Part shown: one piece after another, positions 7,366-17,463 of the stretch
Numbering within the stretch: position 1 is the first letter of the stretch
Layout: each line of letters begins with the position of its first letter
Source of the DNA: Candidatus Scatovivens sp.
Lineage (GTDB): Bacteria; Bacillota; Clostridia; TANB77; CAG-508
Direction: 5' to 3'
Length of the DNA stretch: 64,000 nucleotides
Assembly (NCBI GenBank): GCA_051891335.1
Contig: JBJFFD010000035.1
Coordinates: forward strand, 13,829-77,828
Position numbers and translations under genes: made by a program
The notes under the pieces: generated by a model
Told to the model about the DNA's origin: nothing
What the model saw: only the letters and a program-made list of their open reading frames with translations
Database searches by the model: none

Positions 7366-9366
7366 CTAATTAATATCTAATGTGGTTTTTGTGTTTAAAT
7401 CTAAATATAATGGTCCTGCAACAACTGCTCCATCTATATATACTCTAATTGTTACATTTCCAGATTCACTAAATTTAACAGTTAAATTTTCCTTATTTTC
7501 TAATACAGATTCATTATAAACAGTATCACTTCCAACAGTTACCTTTACAGTTACTTTTTCAGGTTCAACTGTTATAGTATTTCCATCTTCGTCTTTTTCT
7601 TCTTTTGGAGTATAGCCTGATAATGATTTTACATTTATATTTAATGTTGCTTCTTTTATTTCTGGTAATTTATTTACTTTTAAAGTAATCGTTTCATTCT
7701 CTTTTATTGTTTTACCTGCAACAACACTTTGACTTAATACAATTCCGTCTGATTTACTTGTATTTTCTTCATATTCTACAAGTACAACTGAGAATCCTAT
7801 TCCTTCCAATTCTTTTCTAGCATCAGCTTCTGTTTTCCCTATAACATTTGTTACTGTTAAATCTTTAAAAGCACTTCCAAGGCTTACAGTTAAATTCACT
7901 TCTGTGGAAGCAGATATTTGACTTCCTTCTTCTTGGTCACAATCTATTACAATATCTTTTTCAACTGTTTCACTTGTTTGTTCTATAACGTTATATTTTA
8001 TCTCTAATTTATCAAACTCTTTTTTAATATCACTTATTTTCTCACCTTTAATTTTTGTAGGTAAAGTTACCATTTTTGAACCTTTACTAATAGTTAATGT
8101 TATTTCTTCAGTAATATTATAAAGAAAATCTTTTTGATATGATGGAGATTGCTTTATTACATAACCTTCTTCTACCTCATCACTATAATCTTCTTCTATC
8201 TTATAATTTTTAAATCCTGCTTCTTCTAATAATTTTATAGCCTCGTCTTTTGAAAGATGTTCCTCTTCTTCATTCACTACTAAATTAGGTATAGCAGCTT
8301 GTTTTGGTCTACTAGCATTTATTATTGCAATAGTTGCAAACATTACTCCTATAAATAGAATGCCACATATCATAAGTATTGCCAAGACTTTAAGAACTTT
8401 ATGCTTTTCAAAAAATTCTTTCAATTTATTTTTTTTCTTTTGATTTTTAGGTTTTTTTTCCATATCTGATTCTTTTATTGTTTGAACTCTTTGTGTTGGA
8501 GAATTTTGTATCTCAGTATTTAAGTTTACAAAATTTCCATCTGGATTTTTTAATGCTAAATCTAAATCGTATAGCATTTCATCAGCAGATTGATAACGTA
8601 AATTAGGGTCTTTTTGCATAGCTTTTAAAATTATTTTATCTATACTCAAAGGTATATCTTTATTATATTGTATTGGATCAACAGGTTCTTCTTGCACTTG
8701 CTTTAGTGCAACTGATACTGGAGTATCAGCATCAAAAGGTACTCTTCCTGTTAACATCTCATACATTACAACTCCTAAAGAATATAAGTCAGATTTTGCA
8801 TCTGTAAATCCACCTCTTGCATGTTCAGGAGAAAAATAATGTACAGAACCAATTGTAGTTCCAAAAGCTGTTATTGTGGAATTAGAAACAGCTTTTGCTA
8901 TACCAAAGTCTGTTACTTTTGCAACACCATCTTCTGTTATTATTATATTATGTGGTTTAATATCTCTGTGTATTATTCCATTACTATGTGCAGTTTGCAA
9001 TGCAGAAGCTATTTGCATTGCAATATTAGTTGACCATTTCCAAGATAAAATTCCATCCTCTACTATTATTTCTTTTAATGTCTTACCTTGTATTAGTTCC
9101 ATTACAATATAATATAAATTACCTTCATTTCCTACATCAAATATTGATACTATATTAGGATGTGTAAGACTTGCTGCTGCTTGAGCTTCTGTATTAAATT
9201 TTTTTATAAATTCACTATCTGTAGTAAATTCATCTCTTAATATTTTTACAGCTACATATCTATTTAAAACATGACATTTTGCTTTATAAACTGTAGCCAT
9301 ACCTCCATTACCTATTTTTTCAATAATCTCATACCTATTATCTAACATTTTTCCAATAAGATTCAT
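7366..9366 (-). CDS. prkC: PASTA-domain Ser/Thr protein kinase
   Basis: 666 aa. Hanks kinase motifs are present (GNGGMATVYKA, HRDIKPHN, DFGIAK, SPE), followed by one TM helix, extracellular PASTA-like repeats and a C-terminal beta-rich domain. It is adjacent to the PP2C phosphatase gene. Confidence 0.9.
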   Translation of the reverse strand: MNLIGKMLDNRYEIIEKIGNGGMATVYKAKCHVLNRYVAVKILRDEFTTDSEFIKKFNTEAQAAASLTHPNIVSIFDVGNEGNLYYIVMELIQGKTLKEIIVEDGILSWKWSTNIAMQIASALQTAHSNGIIHRDIKPHNIIITEDGVAKVTDFGIAKAVSNSTITAFGTTIGSVHYFSPEHARGGFTDAKSDLYSLGVVMYEMLTGRVPFDADTPVSVALKQVQEEPVDPIQYNKDIPLSIDKIILKAMQKDPNLRYQSADEMLYDLDLALKNPDGNFVNLNTEIQNSPTQRVQTIKESDMEKKPKNQKKKNKLKEFFEKHKVLKVLAILMICGILFIGVMFATIAIINASRPKQAAIPNLVVNEEEEHLSKDEAIKLLEEAGFKNYKIEEDYSDEVEEGYVIKQSPSYQKDFLYNITEEITLTISKGSKMVTLPTKIKGEKISDIKKEFDKLEIKYNVIEQTSETVEKDIVIDCDQEEGSQISASTEVNLTVSLGSAFKDLTVTNVIGKTEADARKELEGIGFSVVLVEYEENTSKSDGIVLSQSVVAGKTIKENETITLKVNKLPEIKEATLNINVKSLSGYTPKEEKDEDGNTITVEPEKVTVKVTVGSDTVYNESVLENKENLTVKFSESGNVTIRVYIDGAVVAGPLYLDLNTKTTLDIN

Positions 9367-9397
9367 ATTTTTATCTCCTTTAGTTTATTAGTATATA

Positions 9398-10130
9398 TTA
9401 AACATTATCTATTATAATTGCTGTAATATTATCTAATCCGTCCTTGCCTATTTGCACTATTTATTAAATTTTCTACTGGTTTATCTGGATTATCTAATAA
9501 GACTTTATAGATTTCTTTTTCGCTAAGCATATTAGTTAATCCATCTGAGCACATTAATATAATATCTCCTTTTAAAAAAGGTCTGCAGAAAACATCAGGT
9601 TCGACTAAAGAGTTACACCCTAAAGCTTTAAGTAACATATTTTTCTTTGGATGAGTATACGCTTCTTCTTTAGTTATCTTTCCTTCTTTTATTAATTGCT
9701 GTACATAGCTATGGTCTGTAGTTAACTTTTTCATAGTATTATTTCTTATTCTATAAATTCTGCTATCTCCAACATGGCCAATATATGCTTTATTATTATA
9801 TATTAAACAGATTTCCAAAGTAGTACCCATATCTTTTAATTCTATAATTTCTTTTGCTTTTTCATATACAACTAAATTAGCATATTCTACTGCACTATTT
9901 ATTAATTTTTCTATTCCTTCTTTATCTTTTGCTATTGTTTTAAAATTATTTTCTATATATTTTTTTGCACTATTTACTGCCAAGTTACTAGCAATTTCTC
10001 CTCCTTTATATCCTCCCATACCGTCTGCTAGTATGCAAAGTTTTGGAGAAGAATTAACGTCTGACACATAATAATAATCTTGATTCATATCTCGGGATTT
10101 ACCAATGTCAGACTTAGCTAAAATTCTCAA
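9398..10130 (-). CDS. stp: PP2C-family Ser/Thr phosphatase, interrupted near its 3' end by a +1 frame break at an in-frame CGG
   Basis: The ORF 9429..10130 has a TTG start after AGAGGTGA, carries PP2C motifs (RDMNQD, ADGMGG, DGLT) and ends ...LINSANRQGRIR*. The minus strand reads CAA GGA C GGA TTA GAT AAT ATT ACA. Skipping the C (plus-strand G 9440) continues as QGGLDNITAIIIDNV*, restoring the conserved PP2C C-terminal GGxDNIT motif, with the stop at 9398..9400. Confidence 0.85.
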
Positions 10131-10146
10131 GTTACATCACCTCTTT

Positions 10147-11187
10147 TTATTTATTACTAGGTATATTTTTTCTTCTTAACTGTCCGCAAGCAGCTTCAAT
10201 ATCATCACCAAGTTCTCTTCTTATTGTAGCTGTTATACCATTATTATTCAAATAATCTCTAAATTTTATTATATTGCTATTTTCGCTTTTTGTATATATT
10301 CCTGATTCAATTTTATTAATAGGAATCAAATTAACATGAGCAATCATTCCTTTTAATAGCTTAACAAGTTCTTTGGCGTCATTTAAATTATCATTATTAT
10401 CCTTTGCCAAAGCATATTCAAAAGAAATTCTTTTATTAGTTTTTTCTATATAGTATTTGCAAGCTTCCATTAACTCCTCAATTGGATAAGTTTTATTAAC
10501 AGGCATCATTTTACTTCTTGTTTCATTATTACTACTATGCAAGGAAATTGATAAAGTACATTGTCTTTTTTCATCTGCTAATTTATAAATATATGGAACT
10601 AATCCACTTGTAGAAATACTTATATGTCTTGCTCCAATGTTTAAGCCTTTTGGATGATTAATTATATCGATTGATTTCATTACATTTTCATAATTATCAA
10701 ATGGTTCTCCAACTCCCATAAAAACTATGTTTGATATTCTAATATCACTATCTTTTTCTATAGAAAGAATTTGCTGAATAATTTCTCCTGGCTCTAGGTT
10801 TCTTTCAAATGGTATTCCTGTAGATGCACAAAATTTACATCCCATTTTACAACCTATCTGTGATGAAACGCATATAGTATATCCATGATGGTATTGCATA
10901 AGTACAGTTTCTATTAAATTTTCATTTTCATCTTGTATATTGAATAAATATTTTTTTGTTCCATCTTTGGAAACTAGTTTTTTTTCAATTTTAAACAACC
11001 CTAAACTAAAATTATTATTTAGTTTTTCTCTTAATTCAATTGATAGGTTAGTCATTTCATCAAAAGATTCTACTTTTTGTTCGTACAACCATTTAAATAT
11101 TTGTTCTGCTCTAAACGGCTTTTCTCCTATATTATTTAATTGTTCTTTTAGCTCTTCTAATGTATAGTTTTTTATATTATTTTTCAA
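10147..11187 (-). CDS. rlmN: 23S rRNA (adenine2503-C2)-methyltransferase, radical SAM
   Basis: 346 aa with PFRAEQIFKWLY, the radical-SAM CKMGCKFCAS motif and the C-terminal AACGQL. The start is TTG, preceded by GGAGGA. Confidence 0.9.
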   Translation of the reverse strand: MKNNIKNYTLEELKEQLNNIGEKPFRAEQIFKWLYEQKVESFDEMTNLSIELREKLNNNFSLGLFKIEKKLVSKDGTKKYLFNIQDENENLIETVLMQYHHGYTICVSSQIGCKMGCKFCASTGIPFERNLEPGEIIQQILSIEKDSDIRISNIVFMGVGEPFDNYENVMKSIDIINHPKGLNIGARHISISTSGLVPYIYKLADEKRQCTLSISLHSSNNETRSKMMPVNKTYPIEELMEACKYYIEKTNKRISFEYALAKDNNDNLNDAKELVKLLKGMIAHVNLIPINKIESGIYTKSENSNIIKFRDYLNNNGITATIRRELGDDIEAACGQLRRKNIPSNK

Positions 11188-11252
11188 ATTTTCCTCCAGC
11201 TTATTTTATGTGTTTGTTATATCATATAATAAAAAAAATAGCAATTTTTTTA

Positions 11253-12140
11253 TTATTTTCTTAAAAGTTTTCTTATCGGAATTTCTATTAATAATTCTAA
11301 AATCCTAAAAACATTTAAAATATTAAAAATAATTTCCTGAAATTTATTTATTTTATTATATTCTCTTTGATAATACATTTTACTTGTATAAAGTTGTTTT
11401 ATTCTTTTATAGTAAGAATGTGTTTTATTTATTGTTTTACTCTCATAATGTATAAAATTTATATTATTTAAACTAAGAATTTTATATCCTAATTTTTTTA
11501 TTTTCTTTGACAAAATATCTTCTTCATAAAATAAAAATACATTATCGTCAAAATATCCGATTTTTTTGAATATATCATGTTTTATTATAAAAAATGCTCC
11601 AGAAATAGCTTCTACTTCTAATTCAGAATTTTTATATTCTTCATTACTATATTCACCTTTTCTTAAATTTCTATAAAATAAAATTTCTAACAGTCTTGTA
11701 CTATGTATCATATCTAATTTAGGAGTTCTTATTTTCCAACTACTTCTTCTTATTGGGATATTTTCTTTATCAAACATTCTAGGTGCTACAATTGCAACAT
11801 CTTCTTTTTCCTCTAATTTATTCAAACATTCGGTTATTGCCTCTTCTGTTACACTTACATCTGGGTTAGAAATAATTATATAATCATATTTTTCGTTATT
11901 TTCATCTAAATATTTTAGAGCGTAATTGTTTCCATAAGAATATCCACCATTCTTATCACTTTGTATTACCTCTATTTTATTATTTTCTAATTTTTTTAAT
12001 TTTTCAAAAGCATTAATAGTAGTAGACATATTATCTACTACTATTATTTTATCTAAAATTTTATAATCTTTAATTTCATTTATATATTTTATTGTATCTT
12101 CTTCTGAATTATAATTTAATACAATTATTGCTACACTCAT
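11253..12140 (-). CDS. GT2-family glycosyltransferase (rhamnosyltransferase-like)
   Basis: Motifs are VAIIVLNYNS, ISNPDV and SGAFFIIKHDIFKKIGYFDDNVFLFYEEDI. I place the start at ATG 12140 (AGAGGTA SD) rather than the TTG at 12146 used by the ORF track. Confidence 0.75.
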   Translation of the reverse strand: MSVAIIVLNYNSEEDTIKYINEIKDYKILDKIIVVDNMSTTINAFEKLKKLENNKIEVIQSDKNGGYSYGNNYALKYLDENNEKYDYIIISNPDVSVTEEAITECLNKLEEKEDVAIVAPRMFDKENIPIRRSSWKIRTPKLDMIHSTRLLEILFYRNLRKGEYSNEEYKNSELEVEAISGAFFIIKHDIFKKIGYFDDNVFLFYEEDILSKKIKKLGYKILSLNNINFIHYESKTINKTHSYYKRIKQLYTSKMYYQREYNKINKFQEIIFNILNVFRILELLIEIPIRKLLRK

Positions 12141-12217
12141 TGACAAATACCTCTAATTTTTTCTTTATATTATCATTTTTAGATTTTTCTGTCAATTAAT
12201 AGAATTTTATTTCTTAT

Positions 12218-12371
12218 AAGAACAAAAGCGACATGATTAAAATTCTTTAACATTTTAGAGAACTTTTCATGCCGCGTCTTTGTTCGACCGCGAAAATTTC
12301 TTCAGAAATTTTCTGTGGAATGTTGGCGAAGCCTTTATATAATTGAAAGTTCAACGAACTTTGGTATTATA
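12218..12371 (+). repeat. copy 1 of a conserved ~125-nt structured intergenic element plus covarying hairpin
   Basis: 12218..12343 matches 56426..56551 with 5 mismatches by my alignment. Internal helices are GAACAAA../..TTTGTTC and CGCGAAAATTTC-TTCA-GAAATTTTCTGTG. A hairpin follows (TATAAT..AAAGTT/AACTTT..ATTATA) whose sequence differs from copy 2 while its shape is kept. Confidence 0.75.
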
Positions 12372-12374
12372 AAA

Positions 12375-12402
12375 AATAAGCAAGAATTATATCCTGCTTA
12401 TT
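12375..12402. terminator. bidirectional hairpin terminator downstream of GH25 gene
   Basis: AATAAGCAAG-aattatat-CCTGCTTATT is flanked by an A-run on one side and a T-run on the other. Confidence 0.55.
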
Positions 12403-12409
12403 TTTGTAT

Positions 12410-13558
12410 TTAATAATTTTTATAGCTATAATTTAAATCTACATCACCAACTATTCCATCTATTTTTCCTTTATCAGTATATTGCCAAATTGTAAAACTT
12501 CTTTTATACCATGTATTTCCATAATAATCTGCTATCCATGTATCATATTCTGTTAATTGATCCATATATAATTTGTTTTCTAAGAAATATGTATAAGAAT
12601 ATACCATTGGTTTAAATCCAGCATTTTTAATTGTATTACAAAATGCTTTTACAATATTAGTTCTTTCTTGAACTGTTAAATTATAATTTCTTGTTCCTTC
12701 AAAATCTTCTACATCTATAACAATTGGATAAGATATATAATTACTTACTCCGTATTTATTTATAAGATTCAATACATAATTTGCTTCTTCTATTGCTTCG
12801 GTTTCATTTATAGCTGATGAATAAAAATAAATTCCAACTTTTATTCCATTGTTATATGCACCTTTTATATTATTTAGAAATTGTACATCTTCACTTATAT
12901 TTCCAACTGTATAACCCCTATATCCTGTTCTAATCATGGCAAAATCTACTTTACCTGAACTTTTTACTTTCGCCCAGTCAATATTTCCTTGATATTTAGA
13001 AACGTCTATTCCAGATAATCTATTCACCGAGCCGGTATTATTTGAATTATTATTAGATGTGTTATTATTTGTAGTTTGCTTTTTTTCTACTTTTATTTGT
13101 ATTGCTTCTATTCTTCTACTTTCACCTGTAGTACCTGCAACTTGTCCAGAGCTTACCCAAGGCATCCAACCAATATCTTTTACATGTACCCTATATTTTA
13201 TTGAATATGAACTATTATCTAAATTAATTATAATAGCCTCCATTCTTCTACTTTGGCCAGTTGTTCCAGCAATTTGTCCTTCAGAGACTTTTCCCAGCCA
13301 TCCATAGTCTTGCACATGTACTTGATAAGTAAGATTACCATCTACTCCATTTAAAGCAATTGCAATAGCTTCCATTCTTCTACTTTGACCAGTTGTTCCT
13401 CCTACCTGACCATCATATACAGTATTAACCCAGCCTAAGTCTTTCAAATGAACTTGATACCTTACAGAGCTACTATTTGCATTTACCTGAAATAGAGGGA
13501 ATATGTAAGAGAAAACTAAAAGCAATATAAAAAATATAGCTATTCTTTTCTTTTGCAT
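12410..13558 (-). CDS. secreted ChW-repeat GH25 muramidase (autolysin)
   Basis: 382 aa. A signal peptide (...FQVNA-NSS) is followed by three repeats of Y.VH..D.GW...V..GQ.(A/G)GTTG.SRR.EAI.I (clostridial hydrophobic-W repeats), an N-rich linker, and a GH25 domain (GIDVSKYQGNIDWAKVK...DFAMIR...). Confidence 0.8.
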   Translation of the reverse strand: MQKKRIAIFFILLLVFSYIFPLFQVNANSSSVRYQVHLKDLGWVNTVYDGQVGGTTGQSRRMEAIAIALNGVDGNLTYQVHVQDYGWLGKVSEGQIAGTTGQSRRMEAIIINLDNSSYSIKYRVHVKDIGWMPWVSSGQVAGTTGESRRIEAIQIKVEKKQTTNNNTSNNNSNNTGSVNRLSGIDVSKYQGNIDWAKVKSSGKVDFAMIRTGYRGYTVGNISEDVQFLNNIKGAYNNGIKVGIYFYSSAINETEAIEEANYVLNLINKYGVSNYISYPIVIDVEDFEGTRNYNLTVQERTNIVKAFCNTIKNAGFKPMVYSYTYFLENKLYMDQLTEYDTWIADYYGNTWYKRSFTIWQYTDKGKIDGIVGDVDLNYSYKNY

Positions 13559-13628
13559 ATTGACATCTACTCCTTTCTTAAAGTAATTATATCATCGCAA
13601 AATTAAGTTAGCTATATTTTATGCCTAT

Positions 13629-15233
13629 TTACCAGTATTTACATGTTTTTACTTTTTTTAATTTATTAAGAAAATCTAAACTTTTTTCATCAATTGTTTT
13701 TATACCATTAACAGCTAAAATTATAAAAATTGGTAAATAGTGAAATAAGTATCTTGATCTAGCTTCAAATAATAATATAAATAATATTATTCCTATTACA
13801 GAGATTCTTAATATATTTAGATATGTATCATCGGTTTTTTTAATATTTAATAACGAATCAAAAAGTAGCAACATAAGCACTACTATCCAAATTGCTTGTT
13901 CAAAATTTACCGTGAAATTATTAAATCCTTCTTTATCATAATATGTATATTCTTGTATTTTTTTTGCAAATTCTCCACAGTTTTTGGGTTCAGATCCAGC
14001 ATAGAAATTCCCTTCTCTACCATAAAAAAATGTACCATCAGAAATAATCCAAGTATACTTATTATATATAAAATTTATATATCCTTTTATCCCCATATCT
14101 GCTAGTCTATTTTTTATCTGCTGCATATTAAATTTTCTCTTTGCTCCAACACCAATATATGATTTTGTACATTGCACATCATATTCATAATACATACCAT
14201 ATTGATTTTTATTATTTTTTGTATCTTTTAACCCCATCATTATAAAATGGGTAAATGAAAACTTATTATCTTTAATATCTTGTTTCGAAATATAATTATT
14301 TATAATAGAATTCTGAATAAAATTATATAAAAGTATTACTAATATTATTGTTAACGAAAAAGCAACTATTTTTTTCATATACTCCATATAATTTATTTTT
14401 TTATTTTTACTACAATTAGAAATTATTTTTACAAATTCTATCATAATTATAGCAGTAAAAATTATTATATTAGTTGGTTTTATTAATACTGAAATAGCTA
14501 ATGTTATAGCAATTTCTATAATATATTTTATTTTATGATTGTCTTTGTACAGTAGATATAAATAAAATATTAACACGGGAAAAATTAATGATAATGTATC
14601 TGAGTATACAGCTCCAATCCATGGCGTTATAGCCAACATTGGAACAGTAAATGCAAATGATAAATAATCATAGTTATTTCCTAGAAGTTTTTTTAATATT
14701 TTGTATATTATAAAAATAGACAAATCAACAATTATTATATTAAGAAAAATAACAGCCAATAAATAATTTGTTAAGTTGAAGCTCTTTACAATGCTAAATA
14801 TAAAAAAATAAATTAATAATAGTGGTATATTATTATAGCATCTAGAAAAATATTCAAGATTAATATAGCACATTTTTAATCCTTCTACCATTTCTAATGC
14901 ACCACTATAAATTCTAATTGGATCAAATCCAATTAATCTATATATTGATAGCACATATACAATCTGTATTATCAATATAATTCCTATAAATACAATTTTT
15001 AAAACTTTTTTTATATCTTTATTTAATTTTACATTATTTCTAATTAATTTTAATAAAATGAAAAACAATATAATAAAAAACATTATTATTATAATTTTAT
15101 TTATATTTATAGGAATATATATATTATCTTTTTTTAAAAGCATATTTATTAGAGCTATTGCAGTTAAAATTATAATTATACTTTTTATTATTTTATCACT
15201 TATTATATATAACTTTTTCATTTTATTCCCCAT
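13629..15233 (-). CDS. polytopic GT-C-fold membrane glycosyltransferase (ArnT/PMT-like)
   Basis: 534 aa with about 12 TM helices. It is paralogous in architecture, and in its C-terminal ...SRYL..(I/L)P(I/L)FII motif, to the N-terminal 509 aa of 33068..35386. An alternative start at ATG 15221 is possible. Confidence 0.55.
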   Translation of the reverse strand: MGNKMKKLYIISDKIIKSIIIILTAIALINMLLKKDNIYIPININKIIIIMFFIILFFILLKLIRNNVKLNKDIKKVLKIVFIGIILIIQIVYVLSIYRLIGFDPIRIYSGALEMVEGLKMCYINLEYFSRCYNNIPLLLIYFFIFSIVKSFNLTNYLLAVIFLNIIIVDLSIFIIYKILKKLLGNNYDYLSFAFTVPMLAITPWIGAVYSDTLSLIFPVLIFYLYLLYKDNHKIKYIIEIAITLAISVLIKPTNIIIFTAIIMIEFVKIISNCSKNKKINYMEYMKKIVAFSLTIILVILLYNFIQNSIINNYISKQDIKDNKFSFTHFIMMGLKDTKNNKNQYGMYYEYDVQCTKSYIGVGAKRKFNMQQIKNRLADMGIKGYINFIYNKYTWIISDGTFFYGREGNFYAGSEPKNCGEFAKKIQEYTYYDKEGFNNFTVNFEQAIWIVVLMLLLFDSLLNIKKTDDTYLNILRISVIGIILFILLFEARSRYLFHYLPIFIILAVNGIKTIDEKSLDFLNKLKKVKTCKYW

Positions 15234-16230
15234 TTATTTTTCTTTTGTAATTCCAAGAATCCCTACACATTTGTTCTATTCCTCTTGTTGCTTTCCAGTC
15301 CAATTCCTTTTCCGCCTTTTTAGGATTAGAATAGCACGTTGCTACATCTCCTGGTCTTCTTGGGCATATTTTATATTTAATCTCAATATTATTTGCCTTT
15401 TCAAAATTTTTTACTATATCTAAAACACTGTAACCAGTTCCTGTTCCTAAATTATAAATAAAAATGCCATTTGAATTTTCTAATTTATTTATTGTTTTCA
15501 CATGTCCTATTGCCAAATCTACAACATGTATATAATCTCTTACTCCTGTTCCATCAGGCGTATCATAATCATTTCCAAATACATTTAAATATGGAAGTTC
15601 CCCTGATGCAACTTTTATTATATAAGGCATTAAATTATTTGGTATCCCATTAGGTTCTTCTCCTAAAAGACCCGTTTTATGCGCTCCTATTGGATTAAAA
15701 TATCTCAATATACCTATAGACCAAGAATTATCTGATTTATATAAATCTTGTAAGATTTTCTCAATATATAATTTAGTTGTTCCATATGGATTTGTAGTTC
15801 CACCTATTTTACATTCTTCTGTAATTGGTATTTGCTCTGGATTTCCATAAACTGTTGCTGAAGAACTAAATATAAACTTCTTCACATTAAATTTTTTCAT
15901 TGTTTGTAATAAAACTAATGCACCAGAAATATTGTTATGATAATATTCTAAAGGCTTTTCTACTGATTCTCCAACTGCTTTAAATCCAGCAAAGTTTATA
16001 ACTAAATCTATATTATTTTCTTTAAAAACATTTTCAAGTTTTTCTCTATCTAAATAATCAATTTCATAAAATTTAAAATTTTTATTAGTTATTTTCTTTA
16101 TATTTTCAATTGATTTAATATTACTATTAGAGAAATTATCTAAAACAACAATTTCAAACCTAGAATTTAATAATTCTACACAAGTATGTGAGCCAATAAA
16201 ACCAGCTCCGCCAGTGACTAAAACTCTCAT
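15223..16230 (-). CDS. galE: UDP-glucose 4-epimerase
   Basis: 335 aa with [19 protein letters not shown] and YGTTKLYIE (the YxxxK motif). AAGGAG SD. Confidence 0.85.
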   Translation of the reverse strand: MRVLVTGGAGFIGSHTCVELLNSRFEIVVLDNFSNSNIKSIENIKKITNKNFKFYEIDYLDREKLENVFKENNIDLVINFAGFKAVGESVEKPLEYYHNNISGALVLLQTMKKFNVKKFIFSSSATVYGNPEQIPITEECKIGGTTNPYGTTKLYIEKILQDLYKSDNSWSIGILRYFNPIGAHKTGLLGEEPNGIPNNLMPYIIKVASGELPYLNVFGNDYDTPDGTGVRDYIHVVDLAIGHVKTINKLENSNGIFIYNLGTGTGYSVLDIVKNFEKANNIEIKYKICPRRPGDVATCYSNPKKAEKELDWKATRGIEQMCRDSWNYKRKINGE

Positions 16231-16234
16231 AAAT

Positions 16235-17455
16235 TTACTCCTTAATTTTATTCTTACTAAATATTATATACATAATAATTAGAATAATAAACAATATTAC
16301 ATTAATTATTAAATTTGATATTGTTGCACCAATCATATCAAATTTATTCACTAAAACATTAGGTAGTATTAAAGCTATTATAGAAGTTATCCCATAAGCA
16401 ATGACTGTATTTCTTTGCTGTCTTATTGCTGTTAAAACATATAATTCTAATATAGATAAAGCATAGAATCCTCCTGACATGACCAATATTATTAAATCTA
16501 ATTTATATTCAAATAGATTTACTCCATACAAAAAATTTAAAATTTGTATTCCAATTAATATACAGACAATTATTACCACAATTGTAAAAAGCATTATAAT
16601 TCCAGACATTCCTATTGTTATTTTATTTATCTTTTTAATGTTTCTATTATTCCATAAATCACCTAATGTTTTTAATATTGGTTTTAAAATAAACATACTT
16701 GCTAAATTTATTGTAAATGCTGGCATATACAATATATTATAATATGTTTGCATTTCATAGTCACCATAATTATCTATTGCATATTTTACAGCATTTGTTA
16801 AGTATACACTTAAAATGGTTGCCAAAAAAACTGGAAAACATTCTTTTAGCATACATTTAATACAGTCCTTATTAAAAACTAATTTACTATCTGTATATTT
16901 TCTTATAAGTCTTAAATCAAATAAATAAAATATTATTAGATTGGTCAAAGTTAAACCTATAAAAGAACATATTGAGTTTCCAGTAATTTTATCTATTATA
17001 AAAAATACTAATATAGAAAGAATATTTCTCAAAATAACAGATTTAGCTCCTAAATCCAATCTATTATTTAATTGAAATTCTCCTTGAAATGTTTCACTTA
17101 AGTTATCTATAAATCTAAATAAAATTAATAATATGCATATTACTAGTTTTATAGTTTCATATCCACTTGCAAAAACAAAAACTATACCTATAAATAACAT
17201 TATACTTACAACAACAATTCTTAAAGCAAAGTATTCTCCAAATTTATATTTTCTTTCTGTATCTGTAACTTGATATATTCTAATACCAAAATCTCCAATT
17301 GAATTCAAAATAGTAGCTGTTGCATATGCTATAGAAAACATTCCAGCTATTTCTACACCATTTAATCTAGTACAAATTATTAATATTATTCCACTTAACA
17401 ACGCTGATATAAAACTTGCTATGCTATTCCAAATAAATTCTGATTTTTTAACCAT
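16235..17455 (-). CDS. Wzx-like polysaccharide/lipid-linked sugar flippase (MOP superfamily)
   Basis: 406 aa with about 12 TM helices, located among glycosyltransferase genes. AGGAG SD. Confidence 0.65.
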   Translation of the reverse strand: MVKKSEFIWNSIASFISALLSGIILIICTRLNGVEIAGMFSIAYATATILNSIGDFGIRIYQVTDTERKYKFGEYFALRIVVVSIMLFIGIVFVFASGYETIKLVICILLILFRFIDNLSETFQGEFQLNNRLDLGAKSVILRNILSILVFFIIDKITGNSICSFIGLTLTNLIIFYLFDLRLIRKYTDSKLVFNKDCIKCMLKECFPVFLATILSVYLTNAVKYAIDNYGDYEMQTYYNILYMPAFTINLASMFILKPILKTLGDLWNNRNIKKINKITIGMSGIIMLFTIVVIIVCILIGIQILNFLYGVNLFEYKLDLIILVMSGGFYALSILELYVLTAIRQQRNTVIAYGITSIIALILPNVLVNKFDMIGATISNLIINVILFIILIIMYIIFSKNKIKE

Positions 17456-17463
17456 AATTACTC

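Noticed and set aside
7169-7369. 66-aa plus-strand ORF from the track
   Set aside because: It simply reads through the three hairpin repeats (giving GRQSRLP / GRQRHAYAP / GQIDVAP), has no SD, and overlaps the rpe start.
12271-12345. 24-codon ORF (MPRLCSTAKISSEIFCGMLAKPLYN) inside the duplicated element
   Set aside because: There is no SD. Two of the five differences between the copies fall in this ORF and both are non-synonymous (T/P and E/K). The conserved helices explain the sequence conservation better.
12410-13558. GH25 lysozyme as a prophage endolysin / prophage remnant
   Set aside because: It has a Sec signal peptide and ChW wall-targeting repeats. No holin, portal, terminase, integrase or other phage genes are nearby.
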